From: an uncultured Verrucomicrobiae bacterium
Lineage (GTDB): Bacteria; Verrucomicrobiota; Verrucomicrobiia; Chthoniobacterales; UBA10450
Direction: 5' to 3'
DNA length: 64,000 nt
NCBI GenBank assembly: GCA_963834385.1
Contig: CAWIBO010000002.1
Location: forward strand, 928,001-992,000
Of this stretch, positions 19,240 to 28,315 are shown one piece after another. Numbering within the stretch: position 1 is the stretch's first letter; every line of letters begins with the position of its first letter. Position numbers and translations under genes: made by a program. The notes under the pieces were generated by a model. That model worked only from the letters and a program-made list of their open reading frames with translations, ran no database searches and was not told where the DNA came from.

Positions 19240-19515
19240 ATGAAGACTCTTTTGCTTACCTCTCTCCTCGGCGTGGTCGCGGGCGCTTCTTCGCTGACGT
19301 ATCAGGTCGTGCAGATGCTGGGCGGACATAACGGACGCTACGAGATGACAGTGCTCGCGAACGGAGAAGGGGTGGTCACTCTCGACCGCGAGACCGGCAC
19401 GGTTCGCTACGTCTACGGGCGCGATGTCATCCCTCCGGTGCAATGGGCGGTCGAGTTCAAGCCGGGATCCTCGATCGGCCAGGTCATGCCGCACGACTGG
19501 CGACCGCACGAGTAG
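19240..19515 (+). CDS. Small hypothetical exported protein
   Basis: MKTLLLTSLLG... signal-like N-terminus, host-like codon usage, LDRETGTV motif. Confidence 0.6.
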   Translation: MKTLLLTSLLGVVAGASSLTYQVVQMLGGHNGRYEMTVLANGEGVVTLDRETGTVRYVYGRDVIPPVQWAVEFKPGSSIGQVMPHDWRPHE

Positions 19516-19524
19516 CGCGGCGCC

Positions 19525-19554
19525 CCGGCAGGGCGAGACTCTGTCGAGCCTGGG
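19525..19554. repeat. REP-like palindrome (right, inverted copy)
   Basis: CCGGCAGGGCGAGACTCTGTCGAGCCTGGG; its reverse complement matches 19151-19180 at 27/30 positions. Confidence 0.8.
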
Positions 19555-19636
19555 AAAAAAAAGAGCCGCGGGCAGTGACGGAAGACTGCGAGGGGCGTGT
19601 GCGCTCCCCGGAGGCGAAGGAACATTTACCCCGCCA

Positions 19637-20554
19637 TCAGACGTAATCGGTCTGCTGAACTTCGAAAGTGTCGTAGCATCGTTCGGCCGCGGGGCTTCGA
19701 CCGAAGGCGTATCCGAGCATTTCGCCGGCGGCCTGGCTGGCCAGGCCGCAGGTGAGCACCGGCCATAACGCCGGGCTGAGTTCGTTTTGGCTGATGACCC
19801 GGGCCGCTGCGTCGCGATAACGACGGAGCAGGACCACCGGAATCAAGGGTGCGCCGAGGGCATACGCGATTCTGCGTAGACGCGACCAGTGCTCGCTCCG
19901 GACGGAAGCGATGACGCGTCCGGCAACCAGGCGTTGCCGCAGCCATGGCCCGGTTTGCGCGAAATTGGTGTGCCCGATCCTCGCCGCCGGTTCGAGTCGG
20001 ATTTCGCCGCGCGCGGCTCGAATCCGCGCCATCATCTCTTCGCCCTGCGCTAAAATTGTGCCGAGTTCATGACCCAGTCCCAAAAGAAAGGCGCGATCGT
20101 AAGCCGCGTTGAAGAGAGGGGCGCGCGCGAGCCGGCCGCCAGGTTGACCCGCGAGCCAGAACGCGTAACCATTGATCAAACCGGCCCAACTGACGAGAGC
20201 GGGCGGATTTTCGTTCTCGAAAACAGGTACGGCCATGGTTGCTCCGGCGCGCAAAGCCGCCTCCAGCAGGTCGAACATTTCCGGGCGTGGAAACGAGTGG
20301 GTTTCGCCCATGAAAACGGCCGGGGCCAAGGCGGCGCGAATGCCGGCGGCGCGCGCCTCAGTCAGTGGATAAATGCTTTCCCGCTCGATGATCCTCAGGC
20401 CGTCGGCCGGATCGAAGATCGTGCCGGTGGGAGCAATCACGATAATCTCGAGGCGACATTGCGCTCCCGATTGTCTGATCGATTCGAGGACAGGCGCAAT
20501 CCGGCGAGCCGTATCTGTGACCAGGATGACTGCCAGATCGGGCGTGGTCATCAT
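19637..20554 (-). CDS. Glycosyltransferase family 2-like protein
   Basis: LAVILVT, LEIIVI, RAAGIRAA..P.VFMGETH (GT-A fold, atypical DxD position); the ATG overlaps the P450 stop (TGATG). Confidence 0.65.
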   Translation of the reverse strand: MMTTPDLAVILVTDTARRIAPVLESIRQSGAQCRLEIIVIAPTGTIFDPADGLRIIERESIYPLTEARAAGIRAALAPAVFMGETHSFPRPEMFDLLEAALRAGATMAVPVFENENPPALVSWAGLINGYAFWLAGQPGGRLARAPLFNAAYDRAFLLGLGHELGTILAQGEEMMARIRAARGEIRLEPAARIGHTNFAQTGPWLRQRLVAGRVIASVRSEHWSRLRRIAYALGAPLIPVVLLRRYRDAAARVISQNELSPALWPVLTCGLASQAAGEMLGYAFGRSPAAERCYDTFEVQQTDYV

Positions 20555-22038
20555 CAGTTCACACGACGGAGGACGATGTTCATCTTCGCATGCGGGCGCC
20601 AGTGAAAGCCGGAGAATTCCCATGGCTCGATCGCTGCCGCCGAAATGTCGAAGGTGCCCGCGAGGGAACCCAGATAATGCCTGCCGATGGCCCGGGTGAG
20701 ATGGTCGCCGGGACACCGGTGCGGTGTGAATCCGAACGGAACGCACGTCGGCCGCGAAGGCGCGGAGAGGAAACGGTCGGGATCGAACTGTTCCGGTCGA
20801 GCGAACGCTTCCGCCAGGCGGTGACTTTCCGCGATACAAAGCCTGACCTGCCAGCCCGCCGGGATGCGGAAGCCATTCCAGTCGATCGCCGTGCTGGTGC
20901 GACGCATCAAGAACTCGCTTTGATGCAACCGAAGCGTCTCGCGCACCATTCGGTCTGCGAGTCCGCCAGGTTGCAAAGCGTCCGGCGTGCCACTCGCCAT
21001 GGCGGCACGCAGATCCTTCATCCAGCGCGGGTTCGTGCCGGCGACCGCGGTGAGCCAGACAAGCAGATCGGTCACGTCGATGCGACTGCTGTGAAGCGCA
21101 TAGGCGAGATTTCCCAAAACACGGTCGAGCGCGATGGCTTCGGGCTGATCGGCCGCGAGACGGGCCAGGAAGGAAACGCGTCCATGGTCCAGCGCCACGC
21201 GCCTCATATTTGCGATGATCTCCGTCACGGCCCGGCGCGCCTGCGCCTTGCCGGCCCGGTGGAGGCGGCGGTAATCCGCGACGTGATACAACTTCAGCAG
21301 GGCGCCTGTTTCCGTGGCGCCCAGTCCCAGAAAAAGGAGCATCATGACGTTGCACACCATGCGGTCGAGCGACTCACGAAGCGGTGCATCCGCTGCGACC
21401 GCCACGAGGGCACTCTCCGCCTCGATCGCCATTTGAGTTGTGTAATGCTCGACCACCTCCGGAGCGAGCGCGGAACGCATGAAACCGGCCATCTCCGTGT
21501 GTGCGGCACCGGCCAGAAACCGGACAAAGCCGCCCGGCACGATGTCGTTGAACGGAGCCGGCGGCACGAAGAGCGCCTCGTTATGGGACCGCAAAAAATC
21601 AGCAATGCGCTCGAGGCCAACGATGCCGACGGCCGGAACTGTAAAGTGTGGAAATTTGAAAACGGGACCGAAGCGGTCCGCCTGTTTCTTATAGAAATCC
21701 GGATCGCTCCACGGTCCCGGCGCGAGAAAGCTGAGCGAGCCGGGGGGAAGACCGCGTTTTCTTCCATAGCCGGGGCGACGGACGATCGCGTTGGCGACGA
21801 AACATCCGCCGGAAAAACCGGCCGCGAGCACGAGCAGGAACGGGCTGAGAAAAACCACTGCGAGAATGACGGCTGCTAGTGCAACGAGCGATCCCGCCAG
21901 CGCCACAGGCAGGAACGGAAAGCCGCGGAACCTTTGCCGAACGCCGGGGACAAGAAGAAGCCGGGCCACCGGCAGGAGCGGAAGCAACGCAACGAACAAA
22001 AGAGCTGCCCTGGCACCAACGCTCATCGCGCAGGGCAT
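20554..22038 (-). CDS. Membrane-anchored cytochrome P450
   Basis: ExxR (RETLR), PEQFDPDRF, heme loop PFGFTPHRCPG; N-terminal TM helices and LPPG hinge. Confidence 0.9.
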   Translation of the reverse strand: MPCAMSVGARAALLFVALLPLLPVARLLLVPGVRQRFRGFPFLPVALAGSLVALAAVILAVVFLSPFLLVLAAGFSGGCFVANAIVRRPGYGRKRGLPPGSLSFLAPGPWSDPDFYKKQADRFGPVFKFPHFTVPAVGIVGLERIADFLRSHNEALFVPPAPFNDIVPGGFVRFLAGAAHTEMAGFMRSALAPEVVEHYTTQMAIEAESALVAVAADAPLRESLDRMVCNVMMLLFLGLGATETGALLKLYHVADYRRLHRAGKAQARRAVTEIIANMRRVALDHGRVSFLARLAADQPEAIALDRVLGNLAYALHSSRIDVTDLLVWLTAVAGTNPRWMKDLRAAMASGTPDALQPGGLADRMVRETLRLHQSEFLMRRTSTAIDWNGFRIPAGWQVRLCIAESHRLAEAFARPEQFDPDRFLSAPSRPTCVPFGFTPHRCPGDHLTRAIGRHYLGSLAGTFDISAAAIEPWEFSGFHWRPHAKMNIVLRRVN

Positions 22039-22153
22039 CCGGTGTCACGGCGTCGAAGTCAAGCGATCAAAGCCCGCCTGGCCTACGCTTCGCAGGACTA
22101 GCTGCGCCTTCTCCAGGGCCCGACAGAGTCTGGCCCTGCCGGCGGGCGCAATG

Positions 22154-22822
22154 TCAGCTTTCACGAAGATCGCGGACGCCACCGGGAATTTCAGCGAGGG
22201 CGCTGAGCAGATGGTCGGCCCGCCCCTGATAATCACGCAGGTCGACGAAGCGGGTATCGGGGATTCCCACCACGCGCATACCGGCTGCTTTGCCGGCCGT
22301 AATGCCGGAGAGCGAGTCCTCGATGACAAGGCATTTCGCGGCGGGAAGATCGAGCGCGCCGGCGGCGCGCAGATAAATATCGGGATGCGGCTTGCCTCGC
22401 TCGACTTCGTCACCGGTCACAATCACCTCGAAGAATCGGGTCAGACCGTGACGAGCGAGGAACGGCCGGGCGGAGGAACCCACCGAGCTGGTCGCAACGG
22501 CCAGGCGCAGACCCATGGCCTGCAATTCGCCGAGAACATCCGACACCCCGGGAAAGAGACCGATGCGGTCGGCGAAAAATCCGGCCGCGATCTCGCCGCG
22601 CCGTTGCATCATCGCTTCCGTCGAGGCGGAGATGGCAAAAGTCTTCCGGTAAAACTCGATGGCCTGCCGGTAGTTCACGCCCAGCACGTCGCGATGATGT
22701 TCGCCGCGATAGGTGACGCCATGCTCAGCCAAAAGGGAGGCATCAATCTTCGTCCACCACGGCTCGGAATCGGCCAGAATCCCGTCCAGATCGAAAATGA
22801 CCGCGCGCAAAGTCATGGCCAT
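22154..22822 (-). CDS. HAD-family phosphatase (beta-PGM/CbbY-like)
   Basis: FDLDGILADSE, ATSS, GKPHPDIY, VIEDS..GITAG motifs. Confidence 0.92.
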   Translation of the reverse strand: MAMTLRAVIFDLDGILADSEPWWTKIDASLLAEHGVTYRGEHHRDVLGVNYRQAIEFYRKTFAISASTEAMMQRRGEIAAGFFADRIGLFPGVSDVLGELQAMGLRLAVATSSVGSSARPFLARHGLTRFFEVIVTGDEVERGKPHPDIYLRAAGALDLPAAKCLVIEDSLSGITAGKAAGMRVVGIPDTRFVDLRDYQGRADHLLSALAEIPGGVRDLRES

Positions 22823-22915
22823 ACCGAAGGAGTAGCCCGGCTCCCGCCCTCGTCTAACAGCTTTTCTCCAGCGTCCCGCCCGGACGACCGGGCGGGACAC
22901 GGAAAAGCGGCGGGA

Positions 22916-23290
22916 TCAGTCCTGGTCGGGGACGGTTTTGCGCGACTGTCGCCGCGTGGCGCTGGGCGAAGCGGCCGGGGAGGCGGTGGCGGCCGGAGAA
23001 GCGGAGGCCGCCGGTTTGGCCGGGATCACGGTGAAGGTCGTCACGGGGACGGGGGTCACGGGCGGCTTCGCCGGCTGGGCGAGCGATTTGCTGACCGCGG
23101 GGATGCTCTGGGTCGTGGCATCGTGGAAGGCTTTGGCCGGATCGGTATAGGGCGTTGCGCTGGGAACGGGCGTGGCCTTCGTCGAGGTGGGCGTCGTCCG
23201 GGTGACGGGCGTGGCCGAGGGAGTGGGTGTTTGCGCGAGCGCCAGGGTCGCACCGGCCAGGATGAGGGTAACTGTCAGTTGTGTCTTCAT
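22916..23290 (-). CDS. Small secreted Pro/Thr/Ser-rich protein
   Basis: MKTQL... signal peptide then AQTPTPS; low-complexity body. Confidence 0.65.
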   Translation of the reverse strand: MKTQLTVTLILAGATLALAQTPTPSATPVTRTTPTSTKATPVPSATPYTDPAKAFHDATTQSIPAVSKSLAQPAKPPVTPVPVTTFTVIPAKPAASASPAATASPAASPSATRRQSRKTVPDQD

Positions 23291-23406
23291 TAGTAGTGGG
23301 GGGTTTAGGCTTCCTCCGCCCCGACGAACAGCTAATTCGCTCTCTTACAGGGCATCATTAACGCCCGGGAGATCAATCTGCCCAGCGATCGGCATCGAGC
23401 GATGCT

Positions 23407-23838
23407 CTACCGCTCCTTTGAACGTCGTCTTTCCCGTTTTGAAGACGATTTCGCGGCGGCATTGCCGGGCGCAACGTCCTCTGGAGCCAGGTTGTTCTGG
23501 CCCACGGCGCCGGAATCAACTGGCTTGCGCGGCACTTTTGGGGTCGCCGGTTTGATTCCGGGACGATCATTCGCCCCAGAGCCCACTTCCGAACGACTGG
23601 GCGTTTTCTTTTTGCTCTCCTGGTCGCGCATGCAGTCCTTGTATTTCTGCCGCGAATACTGCCAGCAATGCGATTCGGAGCCGCCGGCTTTGCGGCAACC
23701 ATCATAAACTTCAACCTGCCGGCTGCTGCAGATGTCCTCGGCGGTGCGCTCTTTCTTTTCCGCCTGCAATCCTGGCGGGATGGCCAGGAGCAGGATGAAC
23801 GAGAGCCAGGCAAACCGGGAAAACAATGAAGCGATCAT
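23407..23838 (-). CDS. Hypothetical secreted protein with four cysteines
   Basis: Signal peptide, Cys-containing helical segment, basic tail; AGGAGG RBS upstream. Confidence 0.6.
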   Translation of the reverse strand: MIASLFSRFAWLSFILLLAIPPGLQAEKKERTAEDICSSRQVEVYDGCRKAGGSESHCWQYSRQKYKDCMRDQESKKKTPSRSEVGSGANDRPGIKPATPKVPRKPVDSGAVGQNNLAPEDVAPGNAAAKSSSKRERRRSKER

Positions 23839-23891
23839 GCGAATCCTCCTGAAAATAAAGGCGGGATGTTAGATTGCGCCCGAGGCGGAGT

Positions 23892-25778
23892 TCAAGCCTG
23901 AATCCTTTCGAGTTCGTGCCAGCGCGCGTAAAGCTTTGCGACCGTCTCCCGCGCGCTTTTCAGCCGGGTTTCGAACTCCTTCATCTCCGCCGCCGGCCGG
24001 GTGTAAAAATCGGGCGCGGCAAGGATCGATTCCAGATCCGTCACAGCCCCCTCGGCTTCGAGAATCCGCGCCTCCATCGTTTCCCATTCGCGCTTTTCCT
24101 TGTAAGTGAACTTGCGCGCCCGTCCCGGACCAGGGATGGCGCCCGTTTTGTCGGCCGAGACCGGGGAAGCAGACGGCGCCGACTGGGCGCGTTCCAGGCG
24201 CTTCTCCAGGTAGTAATCGTAGTTGCCGACGTGGTAGCCGACCCTGCCATCCTCCTCGAAAGCGAGGATGGAGGTGCAAACGCGGTTCAGAAAATAGCGG
24301 TCGTGACTGACGACGATGACGCAGCCGCCAAAGGCGACCAGCGCTTCCTCGAGCAAACGCAGCGTGGCCAGGTCAAGGTCGTTGGTCGGTTCATCGAGAA
24401 TAAGGACGTTCCCGCCGCGCTTCAGGATTTTGGCGAGGAGAACCCGGCTCCGTTCACCGCCGCTCAGGTGTGAGATCTTGGTGTTGATCCGATCCTCGCT
24501 GAAGAGGAACCGCCGCAGGTAGGCGCGCAGACTGATCCGTTCGTTCCCCAGGGTGACGCTCTCGGTGCCCGTGCCGACTTCCTCCCAGACGGTTTTGTTC
24601 TCATCAAGCAGAAGCCGGTTTTGATCGACGTAATTGATCTCGGTGCGCGCGCCCCGCTCGACCGTGCCGGTGGCGGGAGGCAGCTCACCGAGGATCACCT
24701 GGAGGAGGGAAGACTTGCCGACGCCGTTGCGGCCAACGATCCCAAGTCGCTCGCCTGCAGCCAGGCTGAGATCAAGGTCGCGGAAGAGGGTGCGGCCGCC
24801 CTGGGCCACGCTCAGGCCACGCAGGTCCAGAATGCGGTTGGCCAGCTTCGGCGGCGTGGGAATGACCAGCTCCACGTCGAGCTCGGCTTCCGGGCCCTCC
24901 TGCGCGGCCATCTCAAAATAGCGTTCGACGCGATCGACCGACTTGGTCCGGCGCGCCCGGGGCGCCCGGCGGACCCATTGCAATTCGCGCTTGAGGAACT
25001 TCTGCCGTTTTTGCTCCTGCATCTCCTCGACCGCCTGCCGTTCGACCCGGGCCAGCAGGTAATCGGTGTAATTGCCCTCGTAGGAATTAAAGCGTCCGCG
25101 AGAGAGCTCAACGATCCGTGTGGCGACCCGGTCGAGAAAGTAACGGTCGTGCGTCACGAAAAGACAGGTGCCGGCATAACGCGCGAGAAATTCCTCCAGC
25201 CATTCGATCGAGCCGGTATCGAGGTGATTGGTCGGCTCGTCCAGGATAAGGAAATCCGGCCGGGCCAGGAGCGCGCGACACAGGGCGACCCGGCGTTTTT
25301 CCCCGCCGGATAGCGTGCCCACGACGCGTTCCGGTTCCGGCGCATGCAGGTTCGTAATGAGCGACCTGGTCCGGTGCTCGAGGTTCCAGCCGTCGACCCG
25401 GGTGATCTCCTCGAGGAGAAGCGCGCTGCGCGGGCTGTCTCCCGGAAGGCGCTCGTATTCCGCGATCAGATCGAGAATCCGCTGCGCCCCGCCGAGGACG
25501 CTGTCGTGCACCGTGGCGGCGTCATCCAGCCCTGATTGCTGCGGCATGTAGCCGGTAACCAGATCGCGCTGGCGGGTGAACTCCCCGGCATCAGCGCGGG
25601 CCACGCCGGCAGCGATCCCGAGAAAAGTCGATTTGCCCGAACCGTTGCGACCAACCAGACCGACATGCTCGCCCGCGTGAAAAGCGATGGTTGCGCCATC
25701 GAGCACCAGCGTCGTGCCGTAACGGACGACGAGGTTGCTGGCGCTGGCCACGACAGAGGCGGCGGCTGATTCAGGCAT
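23892..25778 (-). CDS. uup: ABC-F family ATPase (Uup-like)
   Basis: Two ABC cassettes (GRNGSGKS/LSGGE/DEPTNHLD and GRNGVGKS/LSGGE/DEPTNDLD), no TMs, C-terminal KFTYKEKRE...YARWHELE coiled coil. Confidence 0.85.
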   Translation of the reverse strand: MPESAAASVVASASNLVVRYGTTLVLDGATIAFHAGEHVGLVGRNGSGKSTFLGIAAGVARADAGEFTRQRDLVTGYMPQQSGLDDAATVHDSVLGGAQRILDLIAEYERLPGDSPRSALLLEEITRVDGWNLEHRTRSLITNLHAPEPERVVGTLSGGEKRRVALCRALLARPDFLILDEPTNHLDTGSIEWLEEFLARYAGTCLFVTHDRYFLDRVATRIVELSRGRFNSYEGNYTDYLLARVERQAVEEMQEQKRQKFLKRELQWVRRAPRARRTKSVDRVERYFEMAAQEGPEAELDVELVIPTPPKLANRILDLRGLSVAQGGRTLFRDLDLSLAAGERLGIVGRNGVGKSSLLQVILGELPPATGTVERGARTEINYVDQNRLLLDENKTVWEEVGTGTESVTLGNERISLRAYLRRFLFSEDRINTKISHLSGGERSRVLLAKILKRGGNVLILDEPTNDLDLATLRLLEEALVAFGGCVIVVSHDRYFLNRVCTSILAFEEDGRVGYHVGNYDYYLEKRLERAQSAPSASPVSADKTGAIPGPGRARKFTYKEKREWETMEARILEAEGAVTDLESILAAPDFYTRPAAEMKEFETRLKSARETVAKLYARWHELERIQA

Positions 25779-25869
25779 GGGCCGGAAAGGTCGAACGCCC
25801 TGCCCCGCCCGTCCAATGCGGAAGGAACCGGACTTGGAGGGAGAGGCTTGATGGCGCATGATCCCGGCC

Positions 25870-26613
25870 ATGGTTTCCGACCCGGCTGATCCCGTTCGCC
25901 TCGCGATGTGGTCCGGGCCGCGCAACATTTCCACCGCCATGATGCGCGCATGGGGCAACCGGCCCGATACCGTGGTGGTGGACGAGCCGTTCTACGCCTT
26001 TTATTTGCACCGGACCGGCGCCGGGCACCCCCGGGCGGGGGAGGTCATGGCGCAGGGCGAAACGGACTGGCAGGCGGTAGTGGCCAGGCTCACCGGCGGG
26101 CTCCCGGAAAATTGCCGAATCTTCTACCAGAAACAGATGACTCATCATTTCCTTCCCGGAATCGATCGGGCCTGGCTCGCGACCGTTTCCAACTGCTTCC
26201 TGATCCGGGACCCGGCCGAAGTGATCGCCTCCTACCTGCGAAAACGCGAAGAACCGACCCTGGACGACCTCGGCTTCGTCCAACAGGAGGAGATCTTTGA
26301 GTTTGTCCGGGACGCCACCGGGAGAACACCGCCGGTGGTGGATGCGCGTGACGTGCAGGAGGAACCCCGGCGGACCCTGCAACTCCTGTGCACGGCGGTC
26401 GGGGTCGAGTTCAGCGAAGCGATGCTTTCCTGGCCGCCCGGTTTGCGCGCCACTGACGGAATCTGGGCGAAGCATTGGTATGGCGAGGTTGAACAATCAA
26501 CCGGGTTCCGCAAACCGCGGGCGGAAGCGCCGGTCATCCCTGCGCATCTCGATGGCGTGCTGCAAGCGGGCCGGACCATCTACCACCGGCTGCGCCAATT
26601 TCGGCTCCATTAA
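25870..26613 (+). CDS. Sulfotransferase-like P-loop protein
   Basis: MWSGPRNISTAMMRAW, DEPFYA, YQKQMTHH, LIRDP, DGIWAKHWY.V..STGF motifs. Confidence 0.85.
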   Translation: MVSDPADPVRLAMWSGPRNISTAMMRAWGNRPDTVVVDEPFYAFYLHRTGAGHPRAGEVMAQGETDWQAVVARLTGGLPENCRIFYQKQMTHHFLPGIDRAWLATVSNCFLIRDPAEVIASYLRKREEPTLDDLGFVQQEEIFEFVRDATGRTPPVVDARDVQEEPRRTLQLLCTAVGVEFSEAMLSWPPGLRATDGIWAKHWYGEVEQSTGFRKPRAEAPVIPAHLDGVLQAGRTIYHRLRQFRLH

Positions 26614-26617
26614 AATC

Positions 26618-27529
26618 ATGCTGCAAACATTCGACCCGCGGAATCGCGACCTGATCATCAACCTAAATGGAGAACTGCTCCATCGTGACAAGGCCGGGAT
26701 CAGTCCGTTTGATTCCGCCGTGCAGGGGGGCGACGCCGTTTGGGAAGGGCTCCGACTTTATCGGGGACGCATTTTCAAGCTGACCGAGCACCTCGCGCGG
26801 CTGCGGGCCTCCGCGGAAGCGCTCGCTTTCACCGCGATCCCGGCCGACGCCGCCATCATCGAAGAGATCAGGCGCACCCTGGCGGCGAACAGGATGTTCG
26901 ACGGCGTTCATCTCCGGCTTACCCTGACCCGCGGGAAAAAGATCACCTCCGGGATGGATCCGCGTCTCAACCAGGACGGGCCGACGCTGATCGTCCTCGC
27001 GGAACACAAGGCGCCCGTCTACGCGAAAACAGGATTGTCGCTGGTGACCAGCCGGATTCGCCGGCCACCGCCCGAGGTGCTCGACCCGCGGATTCATCAC
27101 GCCAACCTCCTTAACTCCATCCTGGCCAAGGTCGAGGCCAACCAGGCGGGCGCGGACGACGCTCTCATGCTCGATCTGCGCGGCTTCGTCGCGGAAACAA
27201 ACGCGACCCATCTTTTCCTTGTTCGCGGAAGCGAGGTCGCGACCCCGTTTGTGCGGGCCTGCCCGGATGGGATCACGCGGGCCACCGTCCTGGAGATCTG
27301 CCGGGAACACGATATTCCCTGCCGCGAAGCCAACCTTCGACCGGAGGAGTTCCGCGAAGCGGACGAGGTTTTTTGCACCGGCACGATGGGCGAACTGGCG
27401 GGCGTGACGCGTCTTGATGGTCGCGCGATCGGCGATGGCAAAGTTGGGCCGGTGACAAAACGGTTAAGCGACCTTTACGCCGCACGCACTGCCCGGGAGG
27501 GAACAGAAGTTGCCCCGGAGAAACCCTGA
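26618..27529 (+). CDS. Class IV (fold type IV) PLP aminotransferase
   Basis: GDAVWEGLRLY, RLTLTRG, HHANLLNSILAK, E.NATH.F, GITR, ADEVFCTGTMGEL motifs. Confidence 0.9.
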   Translation: MLQTFDPRNRDLIINLNGELLHRDKAGISPFDSAVQGGDAVWEGLRLYRGRIFKLTEHLARLRASAEALAFTAIPADAAIIEEIRRTLAANRMFDGVHLRLTLTRGKKITSGMDPRLNQDGPTLIVLAEHKAPVYAKTGLSLVTSRIRRPPPEVLDPRIHHANLLNSILAKVEANQAGADDALMLDLRGFVAETNATHLFLVRGSEVATPFVRACPDGITRATVLEICREHDIPCREANLRPEEFREADEVFCTGTMGELAGVTRLDGRAIGDGKVGPVTKRLSDLYAARTAREGTEVAPEKP

Positions 27530-27544
27530 AACCCATTCAGGCGG

Positions 27545-28315
27545 CTAGGATTCTGTCCCGAAAACCGTTTGGGCCGCCTGACGCAATGCGCCCATCATCT
27601 CGCGGTAAGGCCCGGGCCCATGGCTGAGACGCGCCACCCCCAGCCGGGCCAGGTCGGCCACCGAGGGCGTTTGCGCGGACATGTAGATGTTTACCGGCAA
27701 CGGGCAGGCGGTGCAGAGCCGGCCGATCAGGACGGGATCGGCCAGTCCGGGAACAAAAAAGCCGCTGGCCCCGGCGCCGGCATAGGCGCGGGCGCGCTCC
27801 AGCGCCTCTTCCATCAGGACTTCCGCGGGCGCCCCTCCCTGAAGAAAAAGATCGGTGCGCGCGTTGATAAAAAAGGAAGTTCCCGCCGCCGCGCGCATCG
27901 CGGCAATCCGGGCACACTGATCGTCGGTCGCGTGGATCCCGTCGCTGCCGATCTTCCCATCCTCGAAATTACAACCGACCGCACCGGTGTCGCAGAGTCG
28001 CCTGGTGTTCCCGCCCACGCCGGCGGGGCTCGTCGCGTAGGCGCCCTCGAAATCGATGGAAACGGGCAGCTCCACCGCCGCGACAATGCGCCGGGCGTTT
28101 TCCAGGACAAGCTCGAGCGGAATCTTCTCGCCGTCCGCGAAGCCGAAGGCGGCCGCGACTGACCAGCTTCCGGTCGCAAGGGCGCGCGCACCGGCCTCCG
28201 CCACGATGCGGGCGCTGCCCGGGTCCCAGATGTTGAAAAGAATCAGGGGATCGCCCCGTTTATGCAGCGCGGCGAACCGCTGCCCCGGGTCCACCTCTTG
28301 CGGGCGGGCGGCCAT
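27545..28315 (-). CDS. Isocitrate lyase/PEP mutase family protein
   Basis: NIWDPGSA, ATGS, LPVSIDFEGAY, GCNFED, FINARTD, AYAGAGA.G.FVPG motifs. Confidence 0.9.
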   Translation of the reverse strand: MAARPQEVDPGQRFAALHKRGDPLILFNIWDPGSARIVAEAGARALATGSWSVAAAFGFADGEKIPLELVLENARRIVAAVELPVSIDFEGAYATSPAGVGGNTRRLCDTGAVGCNFEDGKIGSDGIHATDDQCARIAAMRAAAGTSFFINARTDLFLQGGAPAEVLMEEALERARAYAGAGASGFFVPGLADPVLIGRLCTACPLPVNIYMSAQTPSVADLARLGVARLSHGPGPYREMMGALRQAAQTVFGTES

